NCBI RefSeq assembly: GCF_036365525.1
Contig: NC_090376.1
Span: 33,165,075-33,229,074, forward strand
DNA: 64,000 bases
Source: Heterodontus francisci
Taxonomy: Eukaryota
Reading direction: 5' to 3'
Part shown: positions 61,020 through 64,000 of the stretch, one piece after another
Layout of the letters: each line of letters starts with the position of its first letter
Position numbering within the stretch: the first letter of the stretch is position 1
Position numbers and translations under genes: made by a program
The notes under the pieces: generated by a model
Database searches by the model: none
What the model was told of the DNA's origin: nothing
Seen by the model: the letters and a program-made list of their open reading frames with translations, nothing else

Positions 61020-64000
61020 GGGAGCAAAATTGGATTGCATTGCCCAATTAACCAGTGCCCATTCCTTCTGGTGCAAGCAAACTTTGTGCTGCCTCCTCAT
61101 TTAAATGATTGTAGCATGCAGACTAGCACTAAATGCGTTGTTGAGTGGCCGCACTCCTCAGTAGGAAGCCAAGTTATTGCAAATCTAGCACCACTTAAAG
61201 CCAGCCTGCACCTTTTAAATGCAGGGTGCATTCTGGCTGGAACAGGTGCTGGAAGGGACTGGGGGAAAGTGTCTGACTCGCAAGAAGAGCAGCTAATAGC
61301 GCAACGGAGGAAAGAGTGTGCTCCAGAGCTCTCAGATGCCGCACTAGTGGCCTTACTGCAGGAGGTGGAGAGGAGGAGAGAGGTTCTCTATTCACAGGGG
61401 ACCAGGAGGCCCTCCAGACGGACTCTGTGAAGGCAGCAAGAATAGATAGCTGTTGCAGGCTATGTCAGTAGTCTGGCTCTGAGGACCTGGATACAGTGCT
61501 GCAAGAAGTTCAATGACCTCACATGAGTGATCAACGTCAGTGAAAGCATCTTCAAATACCATATCATACCAACTGAACCATTAGCCTCAGACAGTGCTCA
61601 ATTCACCCAGCCCTGTCACTCACCTACCAACAATCTCTATGAATCACAACACATACCTCACATTCATAGTTTCACCTCACCCACAAGTACTTATCAGTGC
61701 TGCAAGCCTCACATCCACATCTCAGAGCTTGCACACACTACCAGCTATTCAACCATGATAGCTCAATTACCCAAACACATCACACCACATTCACTGACAT
61801 ACTTCCCTCTCTCATGCATGACCAGGTGGCGCATAACGGGAGGCAGCAGCACCTAGCAGCCAGGTGACAGACAAGGTTGGATGTCCTTAACCCCATGGAG
61901 GAGATGGTGGCTCCCATATTGATGTGGCCATCGCTGAGGCTGTGGCCAACAGCAGGGCTGAAATAATCAAAGATGACAATATGCACATACCAAATCCTCC
62001 TTCTCACATCTCACTCTCCTCTCATCTCACAATCTTTCCTGATTTACAAGTTTCAGATGGTGTAAACAAGCATCTCTTGCTTTCCACTCCTTCCTTCATC
62101 ACAATCCTAACCTCATGCCTTTCTCCTTTCAGATACCCAAAAACTGCCACCTGGCCTGGCAGTTGTGGCAGAGAAAGCAGTGGAAGAGCAGGAAGACAGC
62201 AATGAAGAAGAAACATGATCACTCTTCCTCACACCTGCAGCCAGCAGCTCAGATCCTGACACTGTGCATACTTTAAAGGATAGCTTAGAGATGGAATCTG
62301 CATGTGGAGAGTCACTGAACACAAGTGACCTGCTGCCAGGGCAGCAGACAAGGGTAGCACAGATGGATGGTGAGGTGACACCTGCAGAGGACTCAGATGA
62401 GGACTTTGATAGGGGTGGCTGACAGAAGAAGATGATGGGTATGTACATCAAAATGCTTGGCCCAATGACAGGCCTGCCAGAAAGCTTGTGGTCAGAGTCA
62501 AGGAGCATGGAGGAGTCCGGCACCAACTTAGCACAATACTCTGCGCAAAGCCTGGAGCTCATGCTCTCCAGTGCGGTAGTGGTGGCCAGCTCCATGAGAT
62601 CACACAGACCCATCCGTAATGCAGCTGATGTCTGATGTCTCACCTTCCATTGCAACACAAGCAGCAATCACTCAACATTTGGATGCTGCAGTGGAAGCTC
62701 AGACTGAAGTTATGCAAGCTCAGTTTGCTGCCAAGCAAGTCAGACTGCTTGCATGCAAACGCAGACTGCTGTTGTCATAGCTGCAGATACCAGTATATAA
62801 AGGGGCTTGCAGGTTCTAAAGAAGTCCCGCAGTCTGTCCTCTAATACATTGCTAGGATTGCTGACACATCACCCCATGGGAATGTCTGAGTATGAACCTG
62901 CTGTCCTCTCTTAGGTTGACATTTGTTCTCCCTACTTTGCCACTCTGCCAGTGCCCTTGCTGTTACCTGTCAGCCAGCTAGCCCAGACTGCTGCTGCCAA
63001 TGCTGAGATAATCAGTCCGTGGCTGGGCCTTCCAGACCTAGAGCTGCTTCAGGTCATCTCGCAATACCATCTGCAGTCGTCCCACTGAAAGCCAGCAACC
63101 TCCACCAGCCATGCTGAAGCCACTGGGGCAGTTCTGTGTAGAAGCACTAAGATAGATAAAGGCAAATGAAAGGCAGACACCAAGGGAATGCAAAAGGGTC
63201 ATTAATTGACGATGGAATATTGGATGGTTTGATTTACAAATTTGGATGGTAATGTTTGTTTTGTGGCAGCTTTTATTTTTGCAGTGAGGCCAAGAGGACA
63301 TTGTGACAGTCAGTAACAGAGGGAAGGTAAGGTGAGAGATTGTTGATGAATGGGGAATTTGGATTGTGTTCACTGGTACTGCAGTCAGATGATAATGGAC
63401 AGCCCAATCAGAAAGGCAATGTGTTACAATACTCCCTTCCTTCCTCCTCTGCCTCTTCCTCCTGCTCTGCTGTTTGCCAGATCCTGATGGCAAAGGTTGT
63501 GCCCTCATAATGGTGAGGCTCTGCAGCATGCAGCAGACCATGACAAATCCTAACACTGACTCTGCTAATACTACATGGTTCCTCCAGAATGGTTGAGGCA
63601 GTGGATGTGTTCCGATAATTACATTTTGCACAACAGCGATGTTTTCGTTATATGCATTCTACCCACGTGTGTGTGGGGTGCACATCAGAGTCATCAGCTG
63701 TGTGATCAGTGGATATGCCATGTCGCCCAGCAACCACCCTCTGGTTTGCATGATGGCTCAAATGCGGATGGTGTAGTGGACTGCCACAAAATGAAGGCAT
63801 CATGACCCCTGCCAGGATACCGGGCATTGACCTGTCTCATATCCTGTGTATGGTCACACACCAGCTCACTCTGCCTGCTTCTCTCTGACAAGAGAGAATG
63901 AAATGTATTCAGCTGTCTTGAAATACAGAGCCTCAGTGACCTACCTCCCTTAGGCAACAGTGGATGGCAAACAGGGAGATGTTGCAAATATCACCTGCTC
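61020..64000. mobile_element. Decayed Harbinger transposon running off the window end
   Basis: Myb exon 1 APELSDAALVALLQEVERRREVLY..RTWIQCCKKFNDL|gtcagt on +; transposase VNARYPGRGHDAFIL..LGDMAYP on - (63380-64000). Confidence 0.8.

Noticed and set aside
1-64000. CRISPR arrays, rRNA, or prokaryotic/phage systems
   Set aside because: No regularly spaced repeats, operons or rRNA motifs; the content is vertebrate TE-rich DNA. Most short ORFs in the track are antisense or off-frame reads of TEs.

Overview
Vertebrate, almost certainly elasmobranch (shark/ray) genomic DNA, judged from five HE1-type V-SINEs and Deu-domain SINEs. It is intergenic or intronic, I recognise no intact host gene, and most of the window is nested transposable elements. 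These include PIF/Harbinger transposons (spliced Myb/SANT gene convergent with a HARBI1-like transposase) and their MITEs, CR1, L2 and RTE LINEs, Penelope-like elements with hammerhead ribozymes, and Gypsy elements and solo LTRs. The standout is a structurally complete Gypsy-type provirus at 44238-47572 (two LTRs, PBS, PPT, perfect 5-bp TSD). Its RT/RNase H/integrase region is replaced by an intronless, now decayed 3' half of a Myc-family gene (MBIIIb, MBIV, bHLH-ZIP) placed directly after gag-protease, which resembles the layout of defective v-myc retroviruses. A second probable host-sequence capture, a CpG-rich coding-like fragment, is fused to the 5' end of a full-length RTE LINE. All family assignments come from motif recognition by eye; no database searches were run.
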